A stretch of 64,000 bases of DNA from Polyangiaceae bacterium (GTDB lineage: Bacteria > Myxococcota_A > Polyangia > Polyangiales > Polyangiaceae): NCBI GenBank assembly GCA_016712345.1, contig JADJRH010000002.1:264466-328465 (forward strand), written 5' to 3'. Below are positions 21,153-30,047 of the stretch, piece after piece. Under the pieces are notes generated by a model. The model saw only the letters and a program-made list of their open reading frames with translations. It did no database searches and was not told the DNA's origin. The translations under genes were made by a program, and so were the position numbers. Every line of letters starts with the position of its first letter. The stretch's first letter is position 1.

Positions 21153-21758
21153 CTATTCCGTTCGCAGAATCAGGTGAAATCCGAAGTCCGTTTCCACCAC
21201 ATCACTCATCTGTTGAATTGAAAGTTCAAACGCGGCATCCGCCCACGGCGGCGCCACATCTCTTCGCTCGACGGTACCCACCGAACCTCGACGCTCGGCA
21301 GCTCCGGCTTCTTCCGAATATTCGGTCACGATCGCATCAAAATCGGCTCCGCCGAGCATTTTGTCGCGCGCCTCAAGCGCTCGCAGGCATGCATCTTCCC
21401 GCGAACGTGTCACCGAGTCCGGGGCGTTTTTTGCGCCTTTGTATCGAACAAGAACGTGCCTCGCGCCGATCTTCAGCGGTTCATTTTCTTTCTTTTCGCG
21501 CACCACACCGGCAATGGCCAAACACTTTTGAGCGGGCGTTTCGGCGGCGGTTGCGGGTTGAGACTTATCCAACCCCGATTCAGCCTGGGGAGCGGGGGCC
21601 GAGCCACACGCGCACAAAGCCAAACTCAACACAAGCGCGGTTGAGCCGGCGACGTTGTGTACACATTTCCGAACTTGACCTCGCAGAAAAACCAATGGTC
21701 GGAGAGGCATATTCATCCCGCGGGAGGATACGCCCACCGACCATTGCCTTTGCTGCAT
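21153..21758 (-). CDS. parvulin-type peptidyl-prolyl cis-trans isomerase lipoprotein (PpiC family)
   Basis: Lipobox LALCACGS. Parvulin core ARHVLVRYKGA...SVGTVERRDVAPPWADAAFEL...ETDFGFHLI. Confidence 0.6.
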   Translation of the reverse strand: MQQRQWSVGVSSRGMNMPLRPLVFLRGQVRKCVHNVAGSTALVLSLALCACGSAPAPQAESGLDKSQPATAAETPAQKCLAIAGVVREKKENEPLKIGARHVLVRYKGAKNAPDSVTRSREDACLRALEARDKMLGGADFDAIVTEYSEEAGAAERRGSVGTVERRDVAPPWADAAFELSIQQMSDVVETDFGFHLILRTE

Positions 21759-21826
21759 TTTCTACAAATGCGGCCTTTGCGCGACTCAGCCGCGCCAAAT
21801 GCCATTGTGATCCAATATTCCTTCTT

Positions 21827-22045
21827 TCAGCCGGGGTTTACATAGGGCGGTGGATCACCGGTTGTCGGTCCCGGGGTCGGCTCCGGAGTGGGAGTCGGCG
21901 GCGGAGGCGGCTTATCCGTTGGACCCGGTGTCGGGCGAACTTGCGCTTGGTGATCGTTCCCCGCCCCGCAGCCCGCGACCATTCCGATCGCGATGGGCCC
22001 GAACAGAAGACCGATCACGAGGGCCAGTGAAGCGAGCTTCTTCAT
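21827..22045 (-). CDS. small Pro-rich lipoprotein
   Basis: MKKLASLALVIGLLFGPIAIGMVAGC lipobox, followed by PTPGPTDKPPPPPTPTPEPTPG. Confidence 0.4.
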   Translation of the reverse strand: MKKLASLALVIGLLFGPIAIGMVAGCGAGNDHQAQVRPTPGPTDKPPPPPTPTPEPTPGPTTGDPPPYVNPG

Positions 22046-22332
22046 GGCAGTCTCCTTTTGCCAGAGCCAACTCATTCGTGAGTGTCTTCAAACCTGCTGC
22101 GCGCCCCGCTGACGCGTCATTGCGTAGCTTCCGGTGCTCAAAAACTCCGCGTATGTTCCGCTCCGATTCTCGGTCGGACGCGTGATCGGGGCTTGCTCGC
22201 GACGGTTTGAAGAACACTCACTAATCTGGCAAGATTTGGGCCTAGTTTACAGGCCGTATTCTTCCGAGGATTGTTTATTTCAACCCGCTGGATCTGCGGC
22301 GTTCATGCAAAGGCTGCTTTTTTTGCCGCGTT

Positions 22333-23625
22333 TCACTTTTCAGGCAGTCGCGTTTCCATCGCCCGCGCAAGCCTATGAAAATCACTGCCCCGTTCAATAA
22401 AGCGTACTTCGGTCTTCAGCGTTTCAGGATTCACCAGTTCTTTGAATGGTACATATCGAAGATCCAATTGACCTGCGACACTCACCATGTGCCCGTCAAG
22501 CCCTTGTTCCACAATGGCCCGGTACGCCCCCAATCCAAGCTGACACCCCAACATCACATCAAACGCGTGCGGTTCAGCGCACCGCGATTCATACCCCAAT
22601 TGGACCCCTGTCAGCTTTTTCGACTTTCCTGTTCGCGCCTCGTATCGCTCGCCGGCCACTTTAGCGACCAGCTTTCCAATATCCATTTTTCCAAGGCTGA
22701 TGTGACCATGTTCATCGCGCCCCACGTCCGCCGTGATCGACGTTGGTAAGAGTTCGGCAAGCCCTTCGGCAAGCACCACTGTTCCGTAGTGTTTGCCCCG
22801 TGACTCGCGCGCGATAATCAAGTCGACAATCCTCTCTGCCAGTGCCAAAAGATTGAGTTTGGTTTCGGTGCGCGCGACGGCCCCCGAGCCGTCTTTTACC
22901 TCTTCCGCAATAGCAAGTGGACCCACCACATCTTCCACCCCAATCACCATGTGCGCTTCGCCGGCAACCGCCACCCCGTAAGAAAGCCAGCCCGCCTTTC
23001 GGCCCATGGTTTCCACAATGAAATAACTTTTCGTCGCTTTTGCATCGGCGCGCAGATTTAACAACTCGCGCGCCATCACATCGACCGCGGTGAAAAAGCC
23101 GAACGTAAAATCAATTCCACGGTAGTCGTTGTCGATTGTTTTTGGCACATGAACTACTCGCACCCTCGGTGATGAAGGGGGTAGTCGCTTCTGTACTTCG
23201 TAGAGGTAATTGGCAGTTTTGAGGGTGTCGTCTCCGCCGATGGATACCAGTGCTTCAACACCCAACGAAGCCAGCCCTTTTACAACTCGGTGGAGCGGTT
23301 CTGAACGTGCGGCATCGTCGAGATCCACAGGGCCGCGTATCTTTTTCCCCGGGTTCGCGCGCGATGTACCAATGATAATCCCTCGCGCGTTTCGCAACCC
23401 TTGAAGGTCTTTGTCTCCAAAAACGATGTAGTCCTTGTTCAGTTCAAGAGGCCTTTTTTCTTCGTCATATTCGATCACGCCCGAATAGCCGTGAAGCAAG
23501 CCAATCATCTCTGTTCCGGTGCGCCGAAATGCCGACACGCAGGCCGTAATCACAGAATTGGCGGCGGGGGCGGGCCCACCCGAGAAAAGCACAGCAGCCT
23601 TTTTGGGACGCGAAGCGACAGTCAT
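22333..23625 (-). CDS. pfp: pyrophosphate-dependent 6-phosphofructokinase-type PFK (long form)
   Basis: PFK family signature FSGGPAPAANSVI, IGGDDTL, PKTIDNDY, MGRKAGWL. Length about 430 aa, typical of PPi-PFK / group III PFKs. Confidence 0.7.
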   Translation of the reverse strand: MTVASRPKKAAVLFSGGPAPAANSVITACVSAFRRTGTEMIGLLHGYSGVIEYDEEKRPLELNKDYIVFGDKDLQGLRNARGIIIGTSRANPGKKIRGPVDLDDAARSEPLHRVVKGLASLGVEALVSIGGDDTLKTANYLYEVQKRLPPSSPRVRVVHVPKTIDNDYRGIDFTFGFFTAVDVMARELLNLRADAKATKSYFIVETMGRKAGWLSYGVAVAGEAHMVIGVEDVVGPLAIAEEVKDGSGAVARTETKLNLLALAERIVDLIIARESRGKHYGTVVLAEGLAELLPTSITADVGRDEHGHISLGKMDIGKLVAKVAGERYEARTGKSKKLTGVQLGYESRCAEPHAFDVMLGCQLGLGAYRAIVEQGLDGHMVSVAGQLDLRYVPFKELVNPETLKTEVRFIERGSDFHRLARAMETRLPEK

Positions 23626-23772
23626 GACGCATCGGTTAGCACCCCCTATGCCCGCGCGAAAGCCCCCTGAAATAAAGGCCTGCGCGACACGCCGGTCGCA
23701 TCCCATGTACCTTCCCACTCGCGCGCCGCGTCAGCGGCGCCAAAAGTCCGGCAGGACTTTTGACACGCGGCA

Positions 23773-24831
23773 CTAGATAGCGAACAGATCTTGCACTTTC
23801 GACAGCAGCGCCAGCCTGCTTTTTACGATCTCACTCGACGAGTCGAGCATCTTTGCCGTTTCGTTGAGCACGTCGCCGATTGGCACAATGTACACAGACG
23901 GATCGGGTGAACGTTTGCCAACAGGGAAGTTGGGTTCCCACGCAAGCATCACGTCACTCACACCCATTTCCGCGCACGTGACCGCGCCGTAGGCCAGCCG
24001 CTGAGCAATTACGCGATCGAGCGCAGTTGGATTTCCACCGCGCACCACGTGTCCAAGAACCGTTTCACGCAGATCGGCCCCCGGTGCATCTTCCGCAAGA
24101 TGTTCTGACAGGCGCGCGGTGAGTCTGCCGGGGGGCAAATTCAACCCTTCACTCTTTACAATCAGCGCTCTGTGTTTGCTGCTTCCGGGGCCAAAACATT
24201 TGCGAAGTACAGCCCGCAGTCGCTCCACAAGCGCTTCTTCTTCAGGGTTTTCTTCACCGAACAAAATCGCATCCGCTTCTGCGGCAATCCCCGCTCGCAT
24301 TGCCAAAAATCCACATTTTCGACCCATCACTTCAACAATAAAAACCCGCCTGTGAGCGCGCGCTGTGTCCGCAATTCGATCACACGCTTCCACAATGGTG
24401 TTTACCGCGGTGTCCACTCCAATCGCGAGGCCGGTGTGCCCAATGTCATTGTCGATTGAAGCCGGCAGTCCAACCACTTTGTACGGACTGCCCTGAGCGA
24501 GCACATGCGCACCCGTCAATGAGCCGTTGCCACCCACAACAACCAGCGCATCCACATTCATTTCAATCAGCTTGGCTTTCGCCCGCGCCTGGCCTTCCGG
24601 CGTCATCATTTCAGGGCACCGCGACGAACCCAGAATGGTTCCTCCCAAACGCGTAATCCCATCCACAGCGGCGCCGTCGAGCTTTACCGTGTCGCCGCGA
24701 AGCAGCCCCGCGTACCCGTGCTTGATGCCGATCACTTCGTGACCTCGACCGATGCCGGCAACGCTGACCGTGCGAATGGCCGCATTCATTCCCGGAGAGT
24801 CACCACCTGACGTGAGCACCGCAATCTTCAT
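23773..24831 (-). CDS. pfkA: ATP-dependent 6-phosphofructokinase
   Basis: MKIAVLTSGGDSPGMNAAIR, VVGGNGSLTGA, PASIDNDI, MGRKCGFLA. Length about 352 aa. Confidence 0.8.
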   Translation of the reverse strand: MKIAVLTSGGDSPGMNAAIRTVSVAGIGRGHEVIGIKHGYAGLLRGDTVKLDGAAVDGITRLGGTILGSSRCPEMMTPEGQARAKAKLIEMNVDALVVVGGNGSLTGAHVLAQGSPYKVVGLPASIDNDIGHTGLAIGVDTAVNTIVEACDRIADTARAHRRVFIVEVMGRKCGFLAMRAGIAAEADAILFGEENPEEEALVERLRAVLRKCFGPGSSKHRALIVKSEGLNLPPGRLTARLSEHLAEDAPGADLRETVLGHVVRGGNPTALDRVIAQRLAYGAVTCAEMGVSDVMLAWEPNFPVGKRSPDPSVYIVPIGDVLNETAKMLDSSSEIVKSRLALLSKVQDLFAI

Positions 24832-24932
24832 GGGACAATTTCGCACCCGTTTGGCCTCCCGCTGCAAGACGAATTACGCGATCGTCTGCTCTTTCGTGTT
24901 TTCAGGTTAACTCTTGGGTAAAGTGTTCCGCC

Positions 24933-25937
24933 ATGTCCGCTCCGGTTCGCATGGGACACGTTTTGCGTCGGGCTTTTGACCGCGGTGTACACGCGGCGGC
25001 CCAAGCCATGTACTCGCTTCCGCGAAATCATCCAGGCCGTCACGGCGTGCGAGTCGTGCGCGATCTACCCTACCTTCCTACGGGCCTTACCTCACATCTG
25101 CTCGATGTGTACATTCCTGAAGACGACCTGCCCCAAGGACAACTCCGCCCCGCTGTAATGTACATCCACGGCGGCGCCTTTTGCATGCTTTCAAAAGACA
25201 CCCACCGAGTCATGGCACTGCCCTTTGCCAAACGAGGGTATGTCGTTTTCAATGTCAACTACAGACTCGGGCCACACAACCTCTACCCCTCACCGCTTGA
25301 AGATGTGACCGCCGCTCTCCACTGGGTACTCGACAACGCCCGCTCCCACGGCGCCGACCCCAATCGTCTGATCATTGCGGGTGAGTCGGCGGGAGGTAAC
25401 CTCGTCACCGCTCTAACCTACCTTTCTACCCATCCGGTAGAAGAGCCTTTTGCGAGAGCGCTTTTTGAGCGAAATCCACCCATCAAAGCGTCCATACCCA
25501 TCTACGGATTTTTAGACCTTACCCACATGGAGAGGTTCTTAAACCGTCCGCGCGTGCCAGACTGGGCAAAGCGAGAAGTCATGACCGCCGCCACGTCTTA
25601 CCTCGGCAAAAATGTTCTAGAGGCCGCTCAAAAGCACCCTCTCGCAAGTCCCCTTCGCCTGTTAGAATCGCCGGCCGTTCAAGGGAGTAGGCCGCTTCCT
25701 CCCTTTTTTATCGCCTGTGGAACCGCCGACATGCTTTTGGACGACTCGCGTCGCCTGAAGGTGGCACTCGACAAACGCGGCACCCCCGCAGACCTGCATG
25801 TTTTCCACGGTGAGATTCACGGGTTTAACGCCATGGTTTGGCGCCCTGCCGCCAAAGCAAAATGGCGCGCGCTCTTTCAGTTTCTCAGAAGTGTACACAT
25901 GGGTCCGCCCGCCCACCAGCACCACGGACACGGTTAA
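24933..25937 (+). CDS. alpha/beta hydrolase fold-3 (HSL-type) esterase/lipase
   Basis: Oxyanion-hole motif HGGAF, nucleophile elbow GESAGGNL, and later D/H catalytic region. Confidence 0.75.
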   Translation: MSAPVRMGHVLRRAFDRGVHAAAQAMYSLPRNHPGRHGVRVVRDLPYLPTGLTSHLLDVYIPEDDLPQGQLRPAVMYIHGGAFCMLSKDTHRVMALPFAKRGYVVFNVNYRLGPHNLYPSPLEDVTAALHWVLDNARSHGADPNRLIIAGESAGGNLVTALTYLSTHPVEEPFARALFERNPPIKASIPIYGFLDLTHMERFLNRPRVPDWAKREVMTAATSYLGKNVLEAAQKHPLASPLRLLESPAVQGSRPLPPFFIACGTADMLLDDSRRLKVALDKRGTPADLHVFHGEIHGFNAMVWRPAAKAKWRALFQFLRSVHMGPPAHQHHGHG

Positions 25938-25943
25938 GGTGCA

Positions 25944-26432
25944 CTAAGCCCGGTAGTCAACAAAGTCTTCAATATCCCAAACGTCTTCGTGCACCGCGGC
26001 GTCGTTGCTCAATTCTGAAATGATTGTTTCCGCCGCGCCGCGCAGCTTCTCGCGCATAGCTTTCAACTTGGCACTTTGGCGCGTCACCGCACGCATTTGC
26101 TCCAACGTTCGCCGCGCGTCTTCAATCACCGGCCAAGTCCCTTTTTCCTGAATCGCTTTGTCGAGCCGCAGAATAACGCGGGTAACAATCGCCTCCAGTT
26201 CCATTGTGTTTTGAATTGCCACGGCCTTTTCTTTCAATCTTTCAAACAGCAACGTTGCCACTGTCGCGGTGACAGGCGTCCAGCCTACCGCGAGACGCAC
26301 CTTTTCTGGAAGTCTTCGGGCGGTGCGCCGCAACCCTTCCGCCTTCCTGCGTACGCACCCCCGCTGTGTCGGATACAGATCTCCCAAAAAAAGATCGGCT
26401 CGCCCCTGGCAGGCCGGTTGCTCCTGCGCCAC
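25944..26432 (-). CDS. hypothetical protein
   Basis: ORF only; helical, no recognisable motif. The true start may be internal. Confidence 0.3.
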   Translation of the reverse strand: MAQEQPACQGRADLFLGDLYPTQRGCVRRKAEGLRRTARRLPEKVRLAVGWTPVTATVATLLFERLKEKAVAIQNTMELEAIVTRVILRLDKAIQEKGTWPVIEDARRTLEQMRAVTRQSAKLKAMREKLRGAAETIISELSNDAAVHEDVWDIEDFVDYRA

Positions 26433-26516
26433 CCTGATCTGTCACTTGGCTTCAGTCTTCGAAACTCGCCTTGCCGGCCTCCATGGCCAGGCCCTCCGCT
26501 AGAGAAGGAGAAACCC

Positions 26517-26711
26517 ATGCGGCGAAACCACGGCGAAGACCTCGATTGGTCCTTTGGTGTTCTGCTCGGCGTTGCCGCTTTGGCGGCGGCTTCGCTCGCC
26601 GGCCTTGCCGGATATTGTTTCATCAACCAGCTGCCGCAACACGGCACACACGCGAGTTTCGGCGCGCTTCTCGCTGTTCGACAAGTGCACCGTCTCACTC
26701 AACGGCGATGA
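26517..26711 (+). CDS. small single-pass membrane protein (about 64 aa)
   Basis: ATG is preceded by a strong SD (gaaggagaaacccATG). It encodes a TM helix FGVLLGVAALAAASLAGLAGYCFI. It lies in an otherwise unassigned 380-bp gap. Confidence 0.35.
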   Translation: MRRNHGEDLDWSFGVLLGVAALAAASLAGLAGYCFINQLPQHGTHASFGALLAVRQVHRLTQRR

Positions 26712-26811
26712 TCGTTGCGTTGACTCGTTCGCGCGAAAAGTCGTCGAAAACTTCGCACCAACCGCGGAAACAAACTCAAAATCAATACTGAACGTCCGAC
26801 GGGTAGATGAC

Positions 26812-27318
26812 CTACCCAAGCACCCGCACGCGCTCGCGAAGCGGGTATTCTATACAATCGAGCGGACTGCCGTCTTCCCATGCGAGCATGACAAAGTCTG
26901 CCGGACCGTCAAGCGCCAAAATGGGATGGTGCCACACGTCGGCGTCATAATTAACGCCCTGACCGGGCCCACAGCGAAACGCGACAAGCTCATCCACATT
27001 GGGTGTGCCGTCGGCCAGTGAAGGGGCAACGCACACCAGGAATTGTGTACACACCATGGGTAGAAAAGCCTGCGTGGAACACGGATGTTTCTCAAGCAGT
27101 ATGATTTCAAACGGCAAGGTTTTGGCGAGCGATCTGAACACCGCCATGTTGGGTGTGGCGTTGGGTCGGGTAGATTTGAGCGCCGCGCAATAGTCCGTGC
27201 GCACGGCGGTACCCATGTTGGCAGCCCTTCCTTCTCGAAGGCCGGCGCTTACCACCTGACCAAAAGGGGCAAATCCAGCGGGTGTGATGGGAATGGCGGT
27301 AATTTCGCGCACTGTCAC
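26812..27318 (-). CDS. allA: ureidoglycolate lyase (AllA family)
   Basis: N-terminus ITPAGFAPFGQVV and size about 168 aa fit the AllA/ureidoglycolate hydrolase family. Sits in the purine-catabolism context. Confidence 0.6.
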   Translation of the reverse strand: MTVREITAIPITPAGFAPFGQVVSAGLREGRAANMGTAVRTDYCAALKSTRPNATPNMAVFRSLAKTLPFEIILLEKHPCSTQAFLPMVCTQFLVCVAPSLADGTPNVDELVAFRCGPGQGVNYDADVWHHPILALDGPADFVMLAWEDGSPLDCIEYPLRERVRVLG

Positions 27319-27646
27319 GAGCCGCGGTAAGTAGAAAATCCAAATGGGTTGAGAAGGAGGGGAACATGGTAATGTTGACCTTCTTCGCCCACCAGAAACA
27401 CAATACTCACTTCAGGGTAGAAGGCCTTTACGTTTTGGGCCTGAAAGTAAGCGCCCACGGCAAACGTGATACGGTAGGTTCCAATTGCCGGGCTTTCTAC
27501 ATCAGGCCTTTCACGCGCCCGTCGGTGTCGGTCACACCGGCGTTTACCTTTTTCCAACCCACGTCGCTAGACTGTTCCAACACAACTGTCACGCCGGCTG
27601 CGGGTTTGCCACGTGTCGTGTCTAAAATGTGTGTACTAATCCCCAT
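27315..27646 (-). pseudogene. hiuH: 5-hydroxyisourate hydrolase (transthyretin-like), apparent single-nt frameshift
   Basis: Frame a (from ATG 27646) reads MGISTHILDTTRGKPAAGVTVVLEQSSDVGWKKVNAGVTDTDGRVKGLM*. Frame b (27502 to 27315) reads ...VESPAIGTYRITFAVGAYF...EGQHYHVPLLLNPFGFSTYRGS with the diagnostic C-terminal YRGS. The two halves together make a canonical HIUase of about 110 aa. Confidence 0.7.
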
Positions 27647-27661
27647 GGCACAAACCTTTTT

Positions 27662-29206
27662 CTACTTTCCGAGCAGCCACTTTCCAATGCGGAGGCGCGT
27701 GATCTTTGCCTGTTCCCGAGCCGCGTTTTCAACCTCAGCGGCTCGGTCATTTTCAATGCGTCGCTCAAGCTGTTCAAGCACGTTTTTGGCTGAGCGGCCT
27801 GTCGCAAACAAGATAAAAATAAAGCCGAACTTTTCAAAGTAGAGTTCATTCAACTGAGCCAGTCGCGCCGCCACCTGTTCCTGCGTGGTGGTAATGCCCG
27901 ATTGCTCCCCGGCAGACCACGAAGCCGACTGTTCTGTTTGGGTAGACGCCTTTTGGGGCTGCCCAAGCCTGGGATGGGCTGCAAACGCCTCCAGGTAGTC
28001 AGATTCACCCAATGACCACCACACCTCGTCGGCAGCCTGAAAGATTGCCCGCGCAGACGCAAACGGGCGCTTTTCCAAGAGCGCTTTTGCAAATGTGTGA
28101 GAGCCGTTCCACGACAGAAAAAGAGCGCGAGCCTCATCGGCCGACATCTGATTCAACCCCAGCCGCGTGCGCGCCTCACTTTCTGTATCAACGGCGGTTC
28201 CAAACACTCGCATTCGGTTTACCCCACCATGCGGAAAAATGTGTACGCGCAAATGGGTAACCGCCATGGGGCGATCTGGGTAGATCACGTGCTTTCGGTG
28301 CTGAACCAAAGGCGTTTTGTGAACCAACACCGGCCACGGGGCTTTGGCCGCCAAACAGTTTGCCAACTCATCGGCCGAAATGTCAGCCTCGTTGAGCGCT
28401 TCAATCAGGGTTGCCTGCGGCGCGTTTCCCTTAAAAAAGTGGGTGTCCAGTTCAATTCTATCAATCAGGCCCGCGCGCGCGAGTTTGAGTACACACCAGT
28501 CAGACCCGGGTGTTCGCCTGCGTTTGGTTTCCCACCCGTCCCCCATGTTTACCCCGCGCCCCGGCAAGAGCAGGTTGGAAGGTGGCCCAAAAAACTGATC
28601 GCTCACAGCGGCCACGGTTCCGCCCTGTTCAATGGCTGCCAGGTCTACCGAGCCACGTTGCCAAAACGTGTAAGGATCGGGCTTTACTTCGCCGTATACC
28701 CGCAGGCGTGCCACGCCGCCGTCCGGGTAAATATGAAAACGCACATGGGTTACTCGTGGAGAAATGGCCGGCAAAATAAGCACATTTGGATGATCGGGCA
28801 ACACCGCAGTGCGAGGTAAGATCTCTTTCCAACCCGGGTTGTCGATGAGTTCGCCGGGTGTGGCTGTATCGGCCGCTTCAATTCCTTCTACCGAAACTTC
28901 CTGCGGGGCATTGCCTTTAAAGTGGGTAGTATCGGCCAAAATGCCGTGCACGGTGCCGGGTGTACCCAACCTGACAATGGCAAAGTCATGGCCCGGTTCG
29001 CGCTTGCGCTGCGATTCCCACCCGTCCATCCACTTGCCTTTGTCGGTGTATTTCCCCTCGATCCAAACAGGCGCCGAGGGCTTTAGAAGATTTTCTTTTT
29101 CAGCGAAATAGTCGTCCGTGGAGTATAAAACGAACGTTCCCGTCAGGTCCGATGCCAGATCGGTGAGGTGAGAAAACTGCTTGGGCACAGCCGGCGCGCT
29201 CGACAT
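27662..29206 (-). CDS. alc: bifunctional allantoicase / OHCU decarboxylase
   Basis: Two allantoicase repeats (GWESQRKREPGHDF...THFKGNAPQ and GWETKRRRTPGSDW...THFFKGNAPQ). C-terminal about 170 aa is OHCU-decarboxylase-like (DEVWWSLGESDYLEAFAAHPRLG...FIFILFATGRSA). Confidence 0.75.
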   Translation of the reverse strand: MSSAPAVPKQFSHLTDLASDLTGTFVLYSTDDYFAEKENLLKPSAPVWIEGKYTDKGKWMDGWESQRKREPGHDFAIVRLGTPGTVHGILADTTHFKGNAPQEVSVEGIEAADTATPGELIDNPGWKEILPRTAVLPDHPNVLILPAISPRVTHVRFHIYPDGGVARLRVYGEVKPDPYTFWQRGSVDLAAIEQGGTVAAVSDQFFGPPSNLLLPGRGVNMGDGWETKRRRTPGSDWCVLKLARAGLIDRIELDTHFFKGNAPQATLIEALNEADISADELANCLAAKAPWPVLVHKTPLVQHRKHVIYPDRPMAVTHLRVHIFPHGGVNRMRVFGTAVDTESEARTRLGLNQMSADEARALFLSWNGSHTFAKALLEKRPFASARAIFQAADEVWWSLGESDYLEAFAAHPRLGQPQKASTQTEQSASWSAGEQSGITTTQEQVAARLAQLNELYFEKFGFIFILFATGRSAKNVLEQLERRIENDRAAEVENAAREQAKITRLRIGKWLLGK

Positions 29207-29275
29207 GACCGGCTCTTATAGGTCAACACCCGCTTGCGAGGGAAGAGCCTTCAGCGAGGGAAGATTCTTTTGTCT

Positions 29276-29854
29276 TTACCAGGCGGCGCCGCCCGCCTCC
29301 ACACCTGCGAGCAGGCGCAGCAGATCGGGAATCATTAATATCCACATGGCGGTGCGACGCGTTTCGGGCGTTACATTGTGCGGAATAAGGCCGGGTAAAC
29401 CGTCTCGCGGCTTTTGGATTTGCTCCAACGTCACTGTTTCATCGGGTTGACCGTGCACACGCGAGACAGCGGTGCCGTTTTCATCGATGATCACATCAAA
29501 CCCCGGGGCCACGTGCACCGTCCCGGTAGAATCCATGACCAGGGAACGTTTGCTTCTGGCTGAAACGAACGTACCGTCGGCGCTCAGCTTTCCAATTGAA
29601 ACGCCCTTGTCCCTCACCTCACCACTCGATGTCAGCGCCGCAGCTTGAGTGTCTCCGCGTCGCCATTCGATATCTGCAATGGGTAGAAAGTTTGTGCGCG
29701 GCCCGTCGGCTGTTTTCCCAGTGTCGGGTGTCACGGGTGAAGGGAAGATTCCCGAACATCCGGTTAAACCCACAAGCAGTGCCACGAAACAAATGGGCGC
29801 CTTCAAAAGACTCTCCCGTGTGTACCGGATGGGACACAAAACATGGGCCGGCAA
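29276..29854 (-). CDS. lipoprotein of unknown function
   Basis: Lipobox LLVGLTGCSG. Starts 1 nt after the rubredoxin stop. Confidence 0.35.
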   Translation of the reverse strand: MPAHVLCPIRYTRESLLKAPICFVALLVGLTGCSGIFPSPVTPDTGKTADGPRTNFLPIADIEWRRGDTQAAALTSSGEVRDKGVSIGKLSADGTFVSARSKRSLVMDSTGTVHVAPGFDVIIDENGTAVSRVHGQPDETVTLEQIQKPRDGLPGLIPHNVTPETRRTAMWILMIPDLLRLLAGVEAGGAAW

Positions 29855-30025
29855 TTAACTATCCATCGGTTCAAAATCCGACTTGGCGGCCCCGCAGTCG
29901 GGACAATACCAATCATCGGGGAGAGACTCAAAAGGTGTTCCGGGTGCAACACCGGAACCGGGATCTCCCTCGGCCGGATCGTACACGTGGGAGCAAACCA
30001 TGCAGCGGTATTTGCGCGCTTTCAT
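29855..30025 (-). CDS. rub: rubredoxin
   Basis: [22 protein letters not shown]...[18 protein letters not shown] gives CxxC...CPxCG with a conserved Y/W core. About 56 aa, 22 bp downstream of allantoinase. Confidence 0.8.
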   Translation of the reverse strand: MKARKYRCMVCSHVYDPAEGDPGSGVAPGTPFESLPDDWYCPDCGAAKSDFEPMDS

Positions 30026-30047
30026 GGTATTTGGCTCTACCACAACT

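Noticed and set aside
22290-22330. Possible intrinsic terminator (gcaaaggctgctttttttgccgc) downstream of pfp
   Set aside because: The T-run is on the wrong strand for the minus-strand gene and the stem is only about 5 bp. It is more likely part of the promoter region of the downstream lipoprotein gene.
27315-27557. 80-aa ORF as a stand-alone small gene between allA and alc
   Set aside because: It is the 3' two-thirds of HIU hydrolase, ending in YRGS. The N-terminal third lies in another frame upstream, so it was merged into a frameshifted hiuH call.
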